From an uncultured Pelagibacteraceae bacterium (GTDB lineage: Bacteria > Pseudomonadota > Alphaproteobacteria > Pelagibacterales > AG-422-B15): a stretch of 64,000 bases of DNA. Below are positions 9,094 through 18,783 of the stretch, in pieces. Both the position numbers and the translations under genes were made by a program. Position 1 is the stretch's first letter, and every line of letters begins with the position of its first letter. Where the stretch lies: NCBI GenBank assembly GCA_902524795.1, contig CABZEU010000001.1:28916-92915 (forward strand). Direction: 5' to 3'. A model generated the notes under the pieces. It saw nothing but the letters and a program-made list of their open reading frames with translations, had not been told where the DNA came from and made no database searches.

Positions 9094-10452
9094 ATGACGG
9101 TTAGTTCTCTTAGTGAGCTTAAGCAATGGCTTGGGTCAAATAAAATATCAGAAGTAGAATGTATTTTCCCAGATATGGCAGGTTCATCGAAGGGTAAAAT
9201 CTTACCCGTAGAGAGATTTGTTAAATCATTTGAGGAACAAAGCTTAAGATTGGCCGATTCTGTTTTTGGACAGACTGTATCAGGTAAGTGGGTTTATCAA
9301 AGTGAAGTAATTGATTACGTTGAGGAAGATCTTTTCATGGTACCAGATCTTTCAACCATTAGAAAAATCCCATGGAATAAAGAGCCTACAGCGCAAATAA
9401 TATGTGATCTCAATTATCCTTCAAGTGAACCGTCTAAGTTGGCGCCTCGACAAGTTTTAAAAAACATTGTTAACAAATTAAGTGACGATCATCTTCAAGC
9501 GATCGTTGCACCAGAATTAGAATTCTATCTTTGTGAACAAAATTTAGATCCTGATTTACCATTAAAAACACCCATTGGAAAGTCTGGAAGAAGAGAGACT
9601 GGAAGTAGAGTTTTTGGAATTGATGCTGTTAATGAGTTTGATAAATTGACAGATGATATTTATGATTATTGTGAATTAATGAATATTGGAGTCGACACTC
9701 TAGTACACGAGTCTGGGCCTTCTCAGATAGAAATAAATTTGAACCATGGTGACCCTCTAGCTTTAGCTGACCAGACCTTTATGTTTAAAAGAGCTGTAAG
9801 ACAAGTTGCTTTAAAACATAATATTCATGCAACTTTTATGGCTAAACCATATCAAGGTCAGCCAGGCAGTTCGATGCACATTCATCAAAACTTGGTTTCA
9901 GCGAAGACTGGCAAAAATCTATTTTCTGATAAAGAAGGAAATAATTCAAAAGAATTTTTTCATTATATTGGTGGTTTACAAACATACTTACCAGATGCCA
10001 TGCTTTTATTTGCACCTTACGTTAATTCATATAGAAGATTTGTAATTGATGCATCAGCTCCAATCAATACACACTGGGGTATAGAAAATAGAACTGTGGC
10101 CTTTAGGGTTCCTACTTCCCAAAACACATCGCGTCGAGTAGAAAATAGAATTCCGGGGTCTGATACAAACCCTTATCTTGCTATTGCAGCATCATTAGCA
10201 TGTGGTTTACTTGGTTTACAAGAAGAAATAGAGCCTGAAAAACCTATCGCCGGAGACGCTTTTGAGCGAAGACATAATATTCCAAAGTATCTCCCCGATG
10301 CCCTGAAAAGGCTCAAGGTGAGCAATGAGTTGTCTAATAGTTTAGGTAAAGAGTTTGTTACATTATACACAGAAATCAAGCAAACGGAACATGACGCTTA
10401 CCAAAATGTAATAAGCGCCTGGGAAAGAGAACATCTTCTTTTAAACGTATAA
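9094..10452 (+). CDS. Glutamine synthetase family protein (gamma-glutamyl-amine synthetase, PuuA/GmaS-like)
   Basis: 452 aa. GS catalytic motifs present: ELEFYL, HESGPSQIEIN, KPYQGQPGSSMHIH, NSYRR, NRTVAFRVP, ENRIPGSDTNPYL. Confidence 0.85.
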   Translation: MTVSSLSELKQWLGSNKISEVECIFPDMAGSSKGKILPVERFVKSFEEQSLRLADSVFGQTVSGKWVYQSEVIDYVEEDLFMVPDLSTIRKIPWNKEPTAQIICDLNYPSSEPSKLAPRQVLKNIVNKLSDDHLQAIVAPELEFYLCEQNLDPDLPLKTPIGKSGRRETGSRVFGIDAVNEFDKLTDDIYDYCELMNIGVDTLVHESGPSQIEINLNHGDPLALADQTFMFKRAVRQVALKHNIHATFMAKPYQGQPGSSMHIHQNLVSAKTGKNLFSDKEGNNSKEFFHYIGGLQTYLPDAMLLFAPYVNSYRRFVIDASAPINTHWGIENRTVAFRVPTSQNTSRRVENRIPGSDTNPYLAIAASLACGLLGLQEEIEPEKPIAGDAFERRHNIPKYLPDALKRLKVSNELSNSLGKEFVTLYTEIKQTEHDAYQNVISAWEREHLLLNV

Positions 10453-10455
10453 AAC

Positions 10456-11115
10456 TTACAAAATTGCTTTGTTTATATAGTAGCCTTTTTTTTCCTCAAA
10501 CATAATTAGATTTTTTATACTAAGCTTTGAGTCTATTTTTTTTCTTAAGGCATAAATGTGAGTTTCCAGAGTATGAGTATCAATTCCATCTCCATAACTC
10601 CATACTTTATTCAAAAGGTCTTTCTTTGTAATGTAAAGATTAGTATTTTCCATTAAACAAGTTAAAATTTGGCTTTCTTTTTCAGTCAATCTTAAGAACG
10701 TAGATTTATTTATTAGTTTTCTTGTTGATGGATCATAGGAGAACTTTCCATATCTAATTATTCTTTTACTATTAATATCTTTTTGAATTAAATAATTTTC
10801 TATTCTTTGAAAAATATCACTCATTTTAAATGGTATATTTATTTTGATCACCTCTGACGAAGTTTTTAAATTAATGCTTTTTTGATTTGTTTCGTTAATC
10901 ATAAAAATGCTATCAAGTTTAATGTCTTGATTTACTATTTTTATTAATGAAGAGTTATCTAGTACCAAGATTTTAAAATTATTATTTTTTATTTCTTCGA
11001 GGGTATATTTTTGAAAACATAAATATTTGGATGCTTGTTTGGAACTTGCAGCTTCAATGAATATATTATTGAGGTAAGGATTCTCAAAAATAAATGGAAT
11101 TGTACTTTTGCCCAT
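10456..11115 (-). CDS. OmpR-family winged-helix transcriptional regulator with atypical receiver-like N-terminus
   Basis: 219 aa. C-terminal Trans_reg_C signature (LTEKESQILTCLMEN...VWSYG...THTLETHIYALRKKI). N-terminal about 115 aa has a receiver-like beta/alpha pattern, but the acidic pair reads E-N. Confidence 0.7.
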   Translation of the reverse strand: MGKSTIPFIFENPYLNNIFIEAASSKQASKYLCFQKYTLEEIKNNNFKILVLDNSSLIKIVNQDIKLDSIFMINETNQKSINLKTSSEVIKINIPFKMSDIFQRIENYLIQKDINSKRIIRYGKFSYDPSTRKLINKSTFLRLTEKESQILTCLMENTNLYITKKDLLNKVWSYGDGIDTHTLETHIYALRKKIDSKLSIKNLIMFEEKKGYYINKAIL

Positions 11116-11635
11116 AGAAATACTATTTATAATACCATCTGTGGAGTTATTGGTAAAAAATAATCATTTATTTATGAAAGGTCAGCAATTACAGTGTGCG
11201 ATAGGGCTGAATGGGTTGACTGAAAATAAGCGAGAGGGTGATTTATCAACTCCAATTGGAACTTTTCATTTTGATAAAATTTATTATAGAGCCGACAGAT
11301 TAGGCCATATGGAATTTTTTATTGACTCTGCTATTATTGGCAAAGATGACGGATGGTGCGATGATCAAAAAAGTGATTTATATAATCAGTACATTCAGTT
11401 TCCATTTGAGGGAAGTGCTGAGCATTTATATAGAGAAGATCAAATCTATGATATAATTTGTGTATTAAACTATAACACATCTCCAATTATACCTGGGCGC
11501 GGCAGCGCTATTTTCTTGCACATTGCTAAACCTGGTTTTTTAGGAACAGAAGGATGTATTGCTATAGAAAGTGAGGCATTGATTGAAATTGCAACCAACC
11601 TTACTACTACCTCAACAATTATAATCGAAAGTTAA
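11108..11635 (+). CDS. L,D-transpeptidase (YkuD) family protein
   Basis: Catalytic H...C motif (GSAIFLHIAKPGFLGTEGCIAIE). Start uncertain: TTG 11108, GTG 11141 or ATG 11174. Confidence 0.7.
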   Translation: MPIEILFIIPSVELLVKNNHLFMKGQQLQCAIGLNGLTENKREGDLSTPIGTFHFDKIYYRADRLGHMEFFIDSAIIGKDDGWCDDQKSDLYNQYIQFPFEGSAEHLYREDQIYDIICVLNYNTSPIIPGRGSAIFLHIAKPGFLGTEGCIAIESEALIEIATNLTTTSTIIIES

Positions 11636-12285
11636 TTTCTTTCTCCAAAGATTTTTGTCCCAATGCGAATATGAGTAGCTCCACATTCAATCGCTACTTT
11701 AAAATCATTGGACATGCCCATGCTCAATGAGGGAAGGCTGAACTGATCAGCTAATTTAACTAATTTCATAAAATGTGATTTTGGATCCTCATTAAATGGG
11801 GGTAGACACATTAACCCTACAATATTCAATTTATAATTGTCTAAACAGTTAGATATAAATGTATTAGCTTCTTCCAATATGACACCGCCTTTTTGAGATT
11901 CATTTCCAGTATTTATTTGAATAAAATATTCTCTTGAAATACCTTGTTGCTCCTCAAGATTACTGAATAATTCAATAATTTTTATTCTGTCAATCGAATG
12001 CACGACATCGCAGTGTTCGTATATTGATCTAACTTTTCGACTTTGAATGCCGCCAATAAAATGAAGTTTTAAATTAGAGTGTTCTTTTTTAAGGTCAATC
12101 CATTTGTTTTCCACTTCTTGAATTTGGTTTTCCCCAAAAGATCTATGGCCAGCTTGAATAACTTGCCTGATATCCTCAATCGATTTTTTTTTGCTTACTG
12201 CAATCAAATCTATTTTATCGAGACTTCGACCAGAAGTTTCAGCTGTTCTTTCTAAGCTTTCTTTGAAATTTTTGTATAAACTCAT
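11632..12285 (-). CDS. yggS: YggS-family pyridoxal-phosphate homeostasis protein
   Basis: PLP-lysine context LIAVSKKKS and an alanine-racemase-N fold pattern. Start moved to the ATG at 12285 because the longer ORF runs into the porin terminator hairpin. Confidence 0.85.
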   Translation of the reverse strand: MSLYKNFKESLERTAETSGRSLDKIDLIAVSKKKSIEDIRQVIQAGHRSFGENQIQEVENKWIDLKKEHSNLKLHFIGGIQSRKVRSIYEHCDVVHSIDRIKIIELFSNLEEQQGISREYFIQINTGNESQKGGVILEEANTFISNCLDNYKLNIVGLMCLPPFNEDPKSHFMKLVKLADQFSLPSLSMGMSNDFKVAIECGATHIRIGTKIFGERN

Positions 12286-12295
12286 GTGGTAAAAA

Positions 12296-12328
12296 AAAGC
12301 ACCCCGCACAAAAAATGCGAGGTGCTTT
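12296..12328 (-). terminator. Rho-independent terminator of the porin gene
   Basis: On the minus strand: AAAGCACCUCGCA - UUUUUUG loop - UGCGGGGUGCUUU (13-bp stem with one G.U). It runs directly into a U tract and lies 28 nt after the porin stop. Confidence 0.75.
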
Positions 12329-12355
12329 TAATAAAACGTTTAATTGGGTTATAAA

Positions 12356-13222
12356 TTAAAAACCAATTATGTAGTAGAAACGCCAGTTTTCAGTATCGTT
12401 TGTAGTTCCGCCAGCTTCATCAGTGTCTGTGTAGTCAACACCAAATGACATTGCGCCCATACTTTTGTTAACTGAAATTTCTGTCATGTCTTTATCAGTT
12501 GAAGCATCAAGCGATGCAAACTGAATGCCCATGTCAAAACCACCCATAGATGTACCAACACCCATAGTAGTTTCTTCATTTCCGTCATCGTTGTCATACA
12601 TACCGTAACCAAGATTTAGTCCAGCTATAGAGTAGCTAGCAGTTACGAATGATGGGTCGATATCTTGAGTAGTGTCTTTGTAATCAATTGATGATACACC
12701 AGCTTTAACTGTTGCACCCATGATTGAAGTACCTACTGCATAAGACATTACTGGATCTACGTTAGCACCTTCCATACCTCTCGTGATCATGAAGTCAAGA
12801 CCACCCATAGAGTTGGAGTAACCAATCGAGTTACCAGACACAGTATCACCGTCGTTCCATGCACCTAACTCAGCAGATCCACAAGCGCCTAGTGAGAAAC
12901 ATGCTGGGTTACCGTCATTTTTATCGACAGCAGAGTCACGGTTGTTACCTAGAGATACAGTACCCATACCTGTGTCAATACTTACAGCAGTCAATATATT
13001 TGTTGAATATATAGACATTGCAGCAGACACACCCATGCCGTTATCTAGTGAGTCACTATATGAAACATATATAGAGTTTGTTCCAAATGCTTGTGACATA
13101 CCGTTACCGCCATCATTTAGGTAGCCTTCTACGAAACCACCAATTGACATTTCAGCTTGTGCTGCGCCTGCAGTCATAACTGTTGCCAATGCTGTAGCTC
13201 CTATAATTTTTGATCTATTCAT
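12356..13222 (-). CDS. Outer-membrane porin (beta-barrel)
   Basis: 288 aa. Signal peptide ...TAGAAQA/E. Alternating Gly/Ser/Thr/Asp-rich strands and a C-terminal ...YYIIGF. AAGGA RBS. NNC/GGT codon bias typical of highly expressed genes. Confidence 0.8.
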   Translation of the reverse strand: MNRSKIIGATALATVMTAGAAQAEMSIGGFVEGYLNDGGNGMSQAFGTNSIYVSYSDSLDNGMGVSAAMSIYSTNILTAVSIDTGMGTVSLGNNRDSAVDKNDGNPACFSLGACGSAELGAWNDGDTVSGNSIGYSNSMGGLDFMITRGMEGANVDPVMSYAVGTSIMGATVKAGVSSIDYKDTTQDIDPSFVTASYSIAGLNLGYGMYDNDDGNEETTMGVGTSMGGFDMGIQFASLDASTDKDMTEISVNKSMGAMSFGVDYTDTDEAGGTTNDTENWRFYYIIGF

Positions 13223-13447
13223 AATAATTTCCTTTCATATGATAATTGATCATAGTTAAATTTAACTACCATTGTTCTATCAAAGATATTGACTTTTTTT
13301 AAATATTTAATCAATTAGGCAACACTTTAATTGTGGATTGTTGTATATTTGCAACATATAAATTTCGTTGAAATATAAGAAAAACATACAACGAGAATAA
13401 AAAAAATGTATATTTCATATTATTAACCATTCTCGAGGTCTAAGAAA

Positions 13448-13996
13448 ATGCGAAAAATCCATCCTTTTTTGTTTGTTTTTATTATATTCCTTGCATCATG
13501 TGCACAATTTACTAATTCACAGAATGATCTAGAAAACGGAAAAAAGACTGAAAAACAGAGATCAATGGAGGAAAAAATTGAAAAAAAGGACTATCGCCTC
13601 CCATCAGATAGCCCTCTTCTAAAGGGCGAAGGTGGATTTAATTTACAAGAAATGCTGGGTTTTGAAACAGTAGCAGAAAACTACTCTGTAAATTCAATTT
13701 TATATAGTGTCGCTTTAGACAAAATAGATTTTATGCCTCTCCTATCTGTTGACGCAAACTCAGGCGTAATTGTGACTGATTGGTATAGTTTTGATGCAGG
13801 CGAAACAAGAATTAAAATCAACATTCGAGTGCTCAATGAAGAGTTGAATGATAACAGTTTAAATGTAAATCTTTTTAAACAGATGTATGAAAATAATATT
13901 TGGGTTGATAAAGGTATTGATATTGATCAAGCAGAGAAAATCAAAAAGAGTATTTTGTCTACTGCACGTAGTTTAAAGATTGCTTCAGAACTATAA
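13448..13996 (+). CDS. DUF3576-like lipoprotein
   Basis: Lipobox FLASC. The FMPLLSVDANSGVIVTDWYS...RIKINIRV core resembles alphaproteobacterial DUF3576. Conserved position upstream of leuS. Confidence 0.65.
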   Translation: MRKIHPFLFVFIIFLASCAQFTNSQNDLENGKKTEKQRSMEEKIEKKDYRLPSDSPLLKGEGGFNLQEMLGFETVAENYSVNSILYSVALDKIDFMPLLSVDANSGVIVTDWYSFDAGETRIKINIRVLNEELNDNSLNVNLFKQMYENNIWVDKGIDIDQAEKIKKSILSTARSLKIASEL

Positions 13997-14019
13997 ACAA
14001 TTTTCATTAATAAAACTTA

Positions 14020-16587
14020 ATGTCTGAAAAATATAATCCAAAAGTGATTGAAAAAAAGTGGCAAACTTTTTGGGATGACCAAAAACTATTTGAAAGTAAA
14101 GTAAATAAAAACAAAAAAAAATATTATATTTTAGAAATGTTCCCTTACCCATCAGGAAAAATTCATATGGGGCATGTTCGAAACTACACACTTGGTGATG
14201 TAATTGCTCGATACAAGAGAGCTAAAGGTTTTAACGTTATGCACCCAATGGGGTGGGATGCGTTTGGATTACCAGCTGAGAACGCTGCAAAAGAAAATAA
14301 TATTTCACCGAAAAAATGGACCTATGAAAATATTTCAACGATGAAAGGTCAATTAAAAAAAATGGGTTTGTCTCTTGATTGGTCTCGCGAATTAGCAACT
14401 TGTGATGAAACATATTATCATCAACAACAAAGACTGTTCTTAAATTTTTATCGTCAAAATTTGATTCATAAAAAACAGTCCCTAGTGAACTGGGATCCAG
14501 TTGAAAATACAGTTTTAGCTAATGAACAAGTAATAGATGGTAAAGGTTGGAGATCAGGCGCAGATGTAGAGCAAAAAAACTTATCCCAGTGGTTTTTTAA
14601 AATAACAGATTATGCAGAAAATCTGCTTTCTAGCCTCGATAAGTTAGACCAATGGCCAGAAAAAGTGAAAACGATGCAAAAAAATTGGATTGGTAAATCA
14701 ATTGGATGTGAAATTAATTTTGAAATTTTATCGAATAATTCGGAACTTAAAAGTAATAATTTAAAAATTTTTACAACTCGTCCTGATACTATCTTTGGGG
14801 CAACTTTTTGTGCGCTATCACCATTCCATCCACTTGTAGATGAAATAACCAGAACTGATACTCAATTAAACAATCAAGTCTCTAAATTACGATCACAAAA
14901 GATAAGTGAAGAGTCTATCTCTAAAAATGAAAAAATCGGAATAAATACTGGATTATTTATTAGACATCCTTTTATAAATAATAAAAAACTACCTGTTTAT
15001 ATAGCAAACTTTATACTTATGGATTATGGGTCAGGTGCTATTTATGGCTGCCCCGCACATGATCAAAGGGACTTGGATTTTGCAAATAAATATGGCATTG
15101 AGACTATTCAGGTTATTTCACCAAATTCTAATGAAAAGTTTGATAAAAAAAATGCTATAACCGAAGAAGGCAAATTAATTAACTCTGATTTTATCAACGG
15201 ATTAAGTGTTGCTGATGCGAAGAGAGAAGTTATAAATAGATTAGTTCAACTAAAAATTGGAGAGGAAAAAATAAATTATCGCTTAAGAGATTGGGGAATT
15301 TCTCGACAAAGATATTGGGGATGTCCTATACCAATAATTTATAGAGAAGATGGAGAGATTATCGAAGTTCCAGAAGAAGATCTTCCAATTAAACTTCCAG
15401 ATGATATTGATCTCAGTATTCCGGGAAATCCTCTTGATAATCATCCCACTTGGAAATTTACTAAATGTCCAAAAACTGGAATGGACGCAATTCGTGAAAC
15501 TGACACGCTTGATACTTTTGTAGACTCTGCTTGGTATTTTCTACGTTTCTGCTCCCCTGTATCGAATTTTGCTTATGATAATCAGGAAAGTAATTATTGG
15601 ATGCCTGTAGATCAATATGTTGGTGGCGTAGAACATGCTATCTTACATTTACTATACGCACGTTTTTTTACTAAAGCTTTGGGTGAGGAATATTTCAATG
15701 AGCCATTTGAAAGCCTGTTTACCCAAGGAATGGTCTGTCATCACACATATAAAAATGAGTCTGGAAATTGGGTTTTTCCAGATGATATAAAAAAAGATAA
15801 CAACAAATTTTTGCAGATTTCTACAGGCGAGAATGTTTCTGAAGGATCGATTGAATCAATGTCAAAATCAAAGAAAAATGTAATTGATCCTGAAACGATA
15901 ATTAAATCTTATGGAGCTGATGCGGCTCGTTGGTTTATGTTATCTGATAGTCCACCTGAAAAAGATATAAACTGGTCTGAGTCTGGAATTCAAGGATCTT
16001 GGAAAATTTGTCAAAAAATATGGGTAATAATTAACAGCAACAAACAATACCTATCTTTGGCAAATTATAAAGAAAATATGAAACTTTCAGATAGTGCTGA
16101 GGAACTAATGTACCTTATTAATCAAAACCTTGCTGCAATAACAAAGGGCATAGAAAGATTCCAAATGAATGTGGCGATTGCGAAGATATATGAGATCGTC
16201 AACGGATTAGCTAAATTTCAAGTAAAAGAAAGAAATGATGACATTGTACTTTGTCATACATTAAAAATATTGATCAGAATAATTGAACCTATGGTACCCC
16301 ATTTAGCTGAAGAGTGTTGGGCTTTAATAAACACTAATCAATCTATTACATTTGAACCTTGGCCTGATGTAAATCTTGCTTACATCGAAAGAAATGACGT
16401 AACTATTGTAATTCAAATAAATGGTAAAAGAAGAGCAGAAATTAATACAAGGAAAAACACCCCTGAAGAAATGATAATGAATAAAATCAGATCAATTAAA
16501 AATATAAATGATGCACTGTCAGATAAAAATATACTAAAGTCAATTTATGTACCTAATAAAGTACTTAATATTGTTCTAAAATCATGA
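14020..16587 (+). CDS. leuS: Leucine--tRNA ligase
   Basis: 855 aa. HMGH (HIGH) motif, CP1 editing domain, SMSKSKKN (KMSKS). Confidence 0.97.
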   Translation: MSEKYNPKVIEKKWQTFWDDQKLFESKVNKNKKKYYILEMFPYPSGKIHMGHVRNYTLGDVIARYKRAKGFNVMHPMGWDAFGLPAENAAKENNISPKKWTYENISTMKGQLKKMGLSLDWSRELATCDETYYHQQQRLFLNFYRQNLIHKKQSLVNWDPVENTVLANEQVIDGKGWRSGADVEQKNLSQWFFKITDYAENLLSSLDKLDQWPEKVKTMQKNWIGKSIGCEINFEILSNNSELKSNNLKIFTTRPDTIFGATFCALSPFHPLVDEITRTDTQLNNQVSKLRSQKISEESISKNEKIGINTGLFIRHPFINNKKLPVYIANFILMDYGSGAIYGCPAHDQRDLDFANKYGIETIQVISPNSNEKFDKKNAITEEGKLINSDFINGLSVADAKREVINRLVQLKIGEEKINYRLRDWGISRQRYWGCPIPIIYREDGEIIEVPEEDLPIKLPDDIDLSIPGNPLDNHPTWKFTKCPKTGMDAIRETDTLDTFVDSAWYFLRFCSPVSNFAYDNQESNYWMPVDQYVGGVEHAILHLLYARFFTKALGEEYFNEPFESLFTQGMVCHHTYKNESGNWVFPDDIKKDNNKFLQISTGENVSEGSIESMSKSKKNVIDPETIIKSYGADAARWFMLSDSPPEKDINWSESGIQGSWKICQKIWVIINSNKQYLSLANYKENMKLSDSAEELMYLINQNLAAITKGIERFQMNVAIAKIYEIVNGLAKFQVKERNDDIVLCHTLKILIRIIEPMVPHLAEECWALINTNQSITFEPWPDVNLAYIERNDVTIVIQINGKRRAEINTRKNTPEEMIMNKIRSIKNINDALSDKNILKSIYVPNKVLNIVLKS

Positions 16588-18290
16588 ATAGACACGAAAG
16601 AAGAAAACAAAAAAAAGTAGTCACTGGAGTCAGCGCAGGTCAAAATGAACTTCTCAAAGCGATACAATTACACACACAAAAAGATTTAAACAGAGCTGAA
16701 ATTTTATACAAAAATATAATTTTGAGAGATCCCAAAAATTATGACGCTATAAGACATCTTGGAATTTTAAGACAGGATCTGGGAGATTATGAGGGAGCTT
16801 ACGAGAATTATTTAAAGTGCATCAAAATTCGACCAGACGGTTACGAAGCTCTAAATAATCTTGGTGCTGTTCACATAAGAAATAAAAATTATCAACTTGC
16901 ACTGAAGTGCTTTAAACGTGCGTTTGAAATTAAGGAAAATTATGTACCGACTATAAATAATTTAGCGAGCTTATATCACAAACTTAATCGTCCTAAAGAG
17001 GCATTGGAAATGTCATCTAAGGCGATGGAAATTCAGCCCAATAATCTAATAACACTGAATCAGCATTCAAAGGCATTAATTTTAAATAATAGCATTCGTG
17101 AAGCAATTGAATTACTAGAAAAATATCATAAGGCATTTCCGGATCACGAAGATTTTGCCCTGAATTTATCTACAGCATACAAAGAAATGGGAGAATTTGA
17201 AAAATCAAATCAAATTATTAATAAACAATTTAAGTTAAATTTTAAAAACCTACAATATTTGCTTGGCTATGTTCACATAAAAGATAATAAAATGAGCACA
17301 GAGCACCTTGATTATTTTGAGGATCAGCTTGGAAAAGACTTTTACATGGAAGACGATAAAGTCCTTCTATGCCATGCTTTTTTTAGAAATTTTGCAAATC
17401 AAAAAGATTACGAAAAAGCAGGAAAATATTTGATCAGGGGCAACAACATTCAATATAAGATAAAGCCATTTGATTTAAAAAAAGAAAGCGAAGTATATGA
17501 AAAGATTAAAAAACTTTTTTTAAATAAAAAGACATTAAAGTGGAAAAAATCAAAAAATCTTAAGCCTATATTTGTGTGCGGCATGCCGAGGTCAGGTACT
17601 ACTCTCTGTGAGCAAATCCTTTCATCTCATTCAAAAATTGAAGGGGGTGGAGAATTAACTTATCTAGCAGAAATGTCAGGGATAAATCAAATTATCAATC
17701 CAGAAGATATACATTTGGAAAAATTTGAAAATGTAGTTAATAATGAAAGTGCTTCTCAAAAAGTAAGAAGTGATTATTTAGAAGCAATTAAATCTCATGC
17801 AACTAGTAGTTCAGAATATGTTTGTGATAAGATGCCTCACAACTATGTTCTTATTGGCTTAATCAAATACCTATTTCCAGAAGGAAAAATAATTTATTGT
17901 AAAAGAGACCCTGTTGATAACTGCTTTTCACTTTATTCTCATAAGTTCACTGAACTTTCGCATCAATATTCATACAATCAAAAAATGCTAGCAAGATATT
18001 ATAAGCTGCATGTGGAGTTAATGAATTTTTGGATTGATATATATAAGGAGAGCATATTCATTCTCGATAATGAAGAACTAGTTAATAATCAAGAAATTGT
18101 ATCAAAACAACTAATTGATTTTTGTGATTTAGAATGGGAGGATCAATGTATGGATTTTTATAAAACCAAAAGACAGGTGAGAACTGCAAGCATTGAACAA
18201 GTAAGGCAGCCAATGAATAAAAAATCAATTGGTGCTTGGAAAAAATATGAGTCACATCTAGTAGATTTAGTTAATGCTCTCAATGAATAA
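16584..18290 (+). CDS. TPR-repeat sulfotransferase family protein
   Basis: 568 aa. N-terminal TPR repeats (about aa 20-230). C-terminal sulfotransferase with a 5'-PSB loop (GMPRSGTTL) and a 3'-PB region ([12 protein letters not shown]). ATGA overlap with leuS. Confidence 0.85.
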   Translation: MNRHERRKQKKVVTGVSAGQNELLKAIQLHTQKDLNRAEILYKNIILRDPKNYDAIRHLGILRQDLGDYEGAYENYLKCIKIRPDGYEALNNLGAVHIRNKNYQLALKCFKRAFEIKENYVPTINNLASLYHKLNRPKEALEMSSKAMEIQPNNLITLNQHSKALILNNSIREAIELLEKYHKAFPDHEDFALNLSTAYKEMGEFEKSNQIINKQFKLNFKNLQYLLGYVHIKDNKMSTEHLDYFEDQLGKDFYMEDDKVLLCHAFFRNFANQKDYEKAGKYLIRGNNIQYKIKPFDLKKESEVYEKIKKLFLNKKTLKWKKSKNLKPIFVCGMPRSGTTLCEQILSSHSKIEGGGELTYLAEMSGINQIINPEDIHLEKFENVVNNESASQKVRSDYLEAIKSHATSSSEYVCDKMPHNYVLIGLIKYLFPEGKIIYCKRDPVDNCFSLYSHKFTELSHQYSYNQKMLARYYKLHVELMNFWIDIYKESIFILDNEELVNNQEIVSKQLIDFCDLEWEDQCMDFYKTKRQVRTASIEQVRQPMNKKSIGAWKKYESHLVDLVNALNE

Positions 18291-18783
18291 AAGTATTAAA
18301 TATATTTGTATATTGTTCTTATCTCTATTTTTGATTTCGTGTGGGTTCAAACCAATGCATAAACTCTCTGAAAAAAGTAATTATTTAGAAAACTTTATAA
18401 TCAAAATTATTAATGAGGATTCTGTTTCCCGAGAAATCAAAAGAGAAATTGGATTAACCTTTATTTCTAATCAAAACGCAGAAAAGGATTACTTGATAGA
18501 ACTAAAGATAGATGAAAATCTATTTCCTTTAATTATTAATTCGGATGGTACAGTATCAAAGTATAGAATTGAACTATCAATAAATTATAGTGTTATAAAC
18601 CTGAAGGACAACTCAAGCTTGATGAGTGACGTAGTAAGAGGATTTGCACAATATACAGTTGAAACATCTGAAATTGAAAGTGATGACAAAAAAAAGAGAA
18701 TGATCCGTACAGCAACCAGCAGTGCTATTCAGATGATGATTTCCAAAATACAGAGCGATACTTCGATCACGAATGATAATTAA
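18274..18783 (+). CDS. lptE: LPS-assembly lipoprotein LptE
   Basis: Lipobox LISC/GFKP. About 165 aa. Conserved leuS-lptE-holA position. Alternative start ATG 18283. Confidence 0.7.
   Translation: MLSMNKSIKYICILFLSLFLISCGFKPMHKLSEKSNYLENFIIKIINEDSVSREIKREIGLTFISNQNAEKDYLIELKIDENLFPLIINSDGTVSKYRIELSINYSVINLKDNSSLMSDVVRGFAQYTVETSEIESDDKKKRMIRTATSSAIQMMISKIQSDTSITNDN

Noticed and set aside
12286-12309. N-terminal extension of the yggS ORF (MRGAFFYH...) given by the ORF track.
   Set aside because: These codons are formed by the stem-loop and U tract of the porin terminator. The internal ATG at 12285 gives a normal YggS N-terminus.
13254-13267. Perfect 14-bp palindrome AGTTAAATTTAACT, 32 nt upstream of the porin start codon. 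It could be an operator.
   Set aside because: With this A+T content I estimate on the order of ten perfect 7+7 palindromes by chance in 64 kb, so it is not significant on its own. It is worth revisiting only if conserved in relatives.
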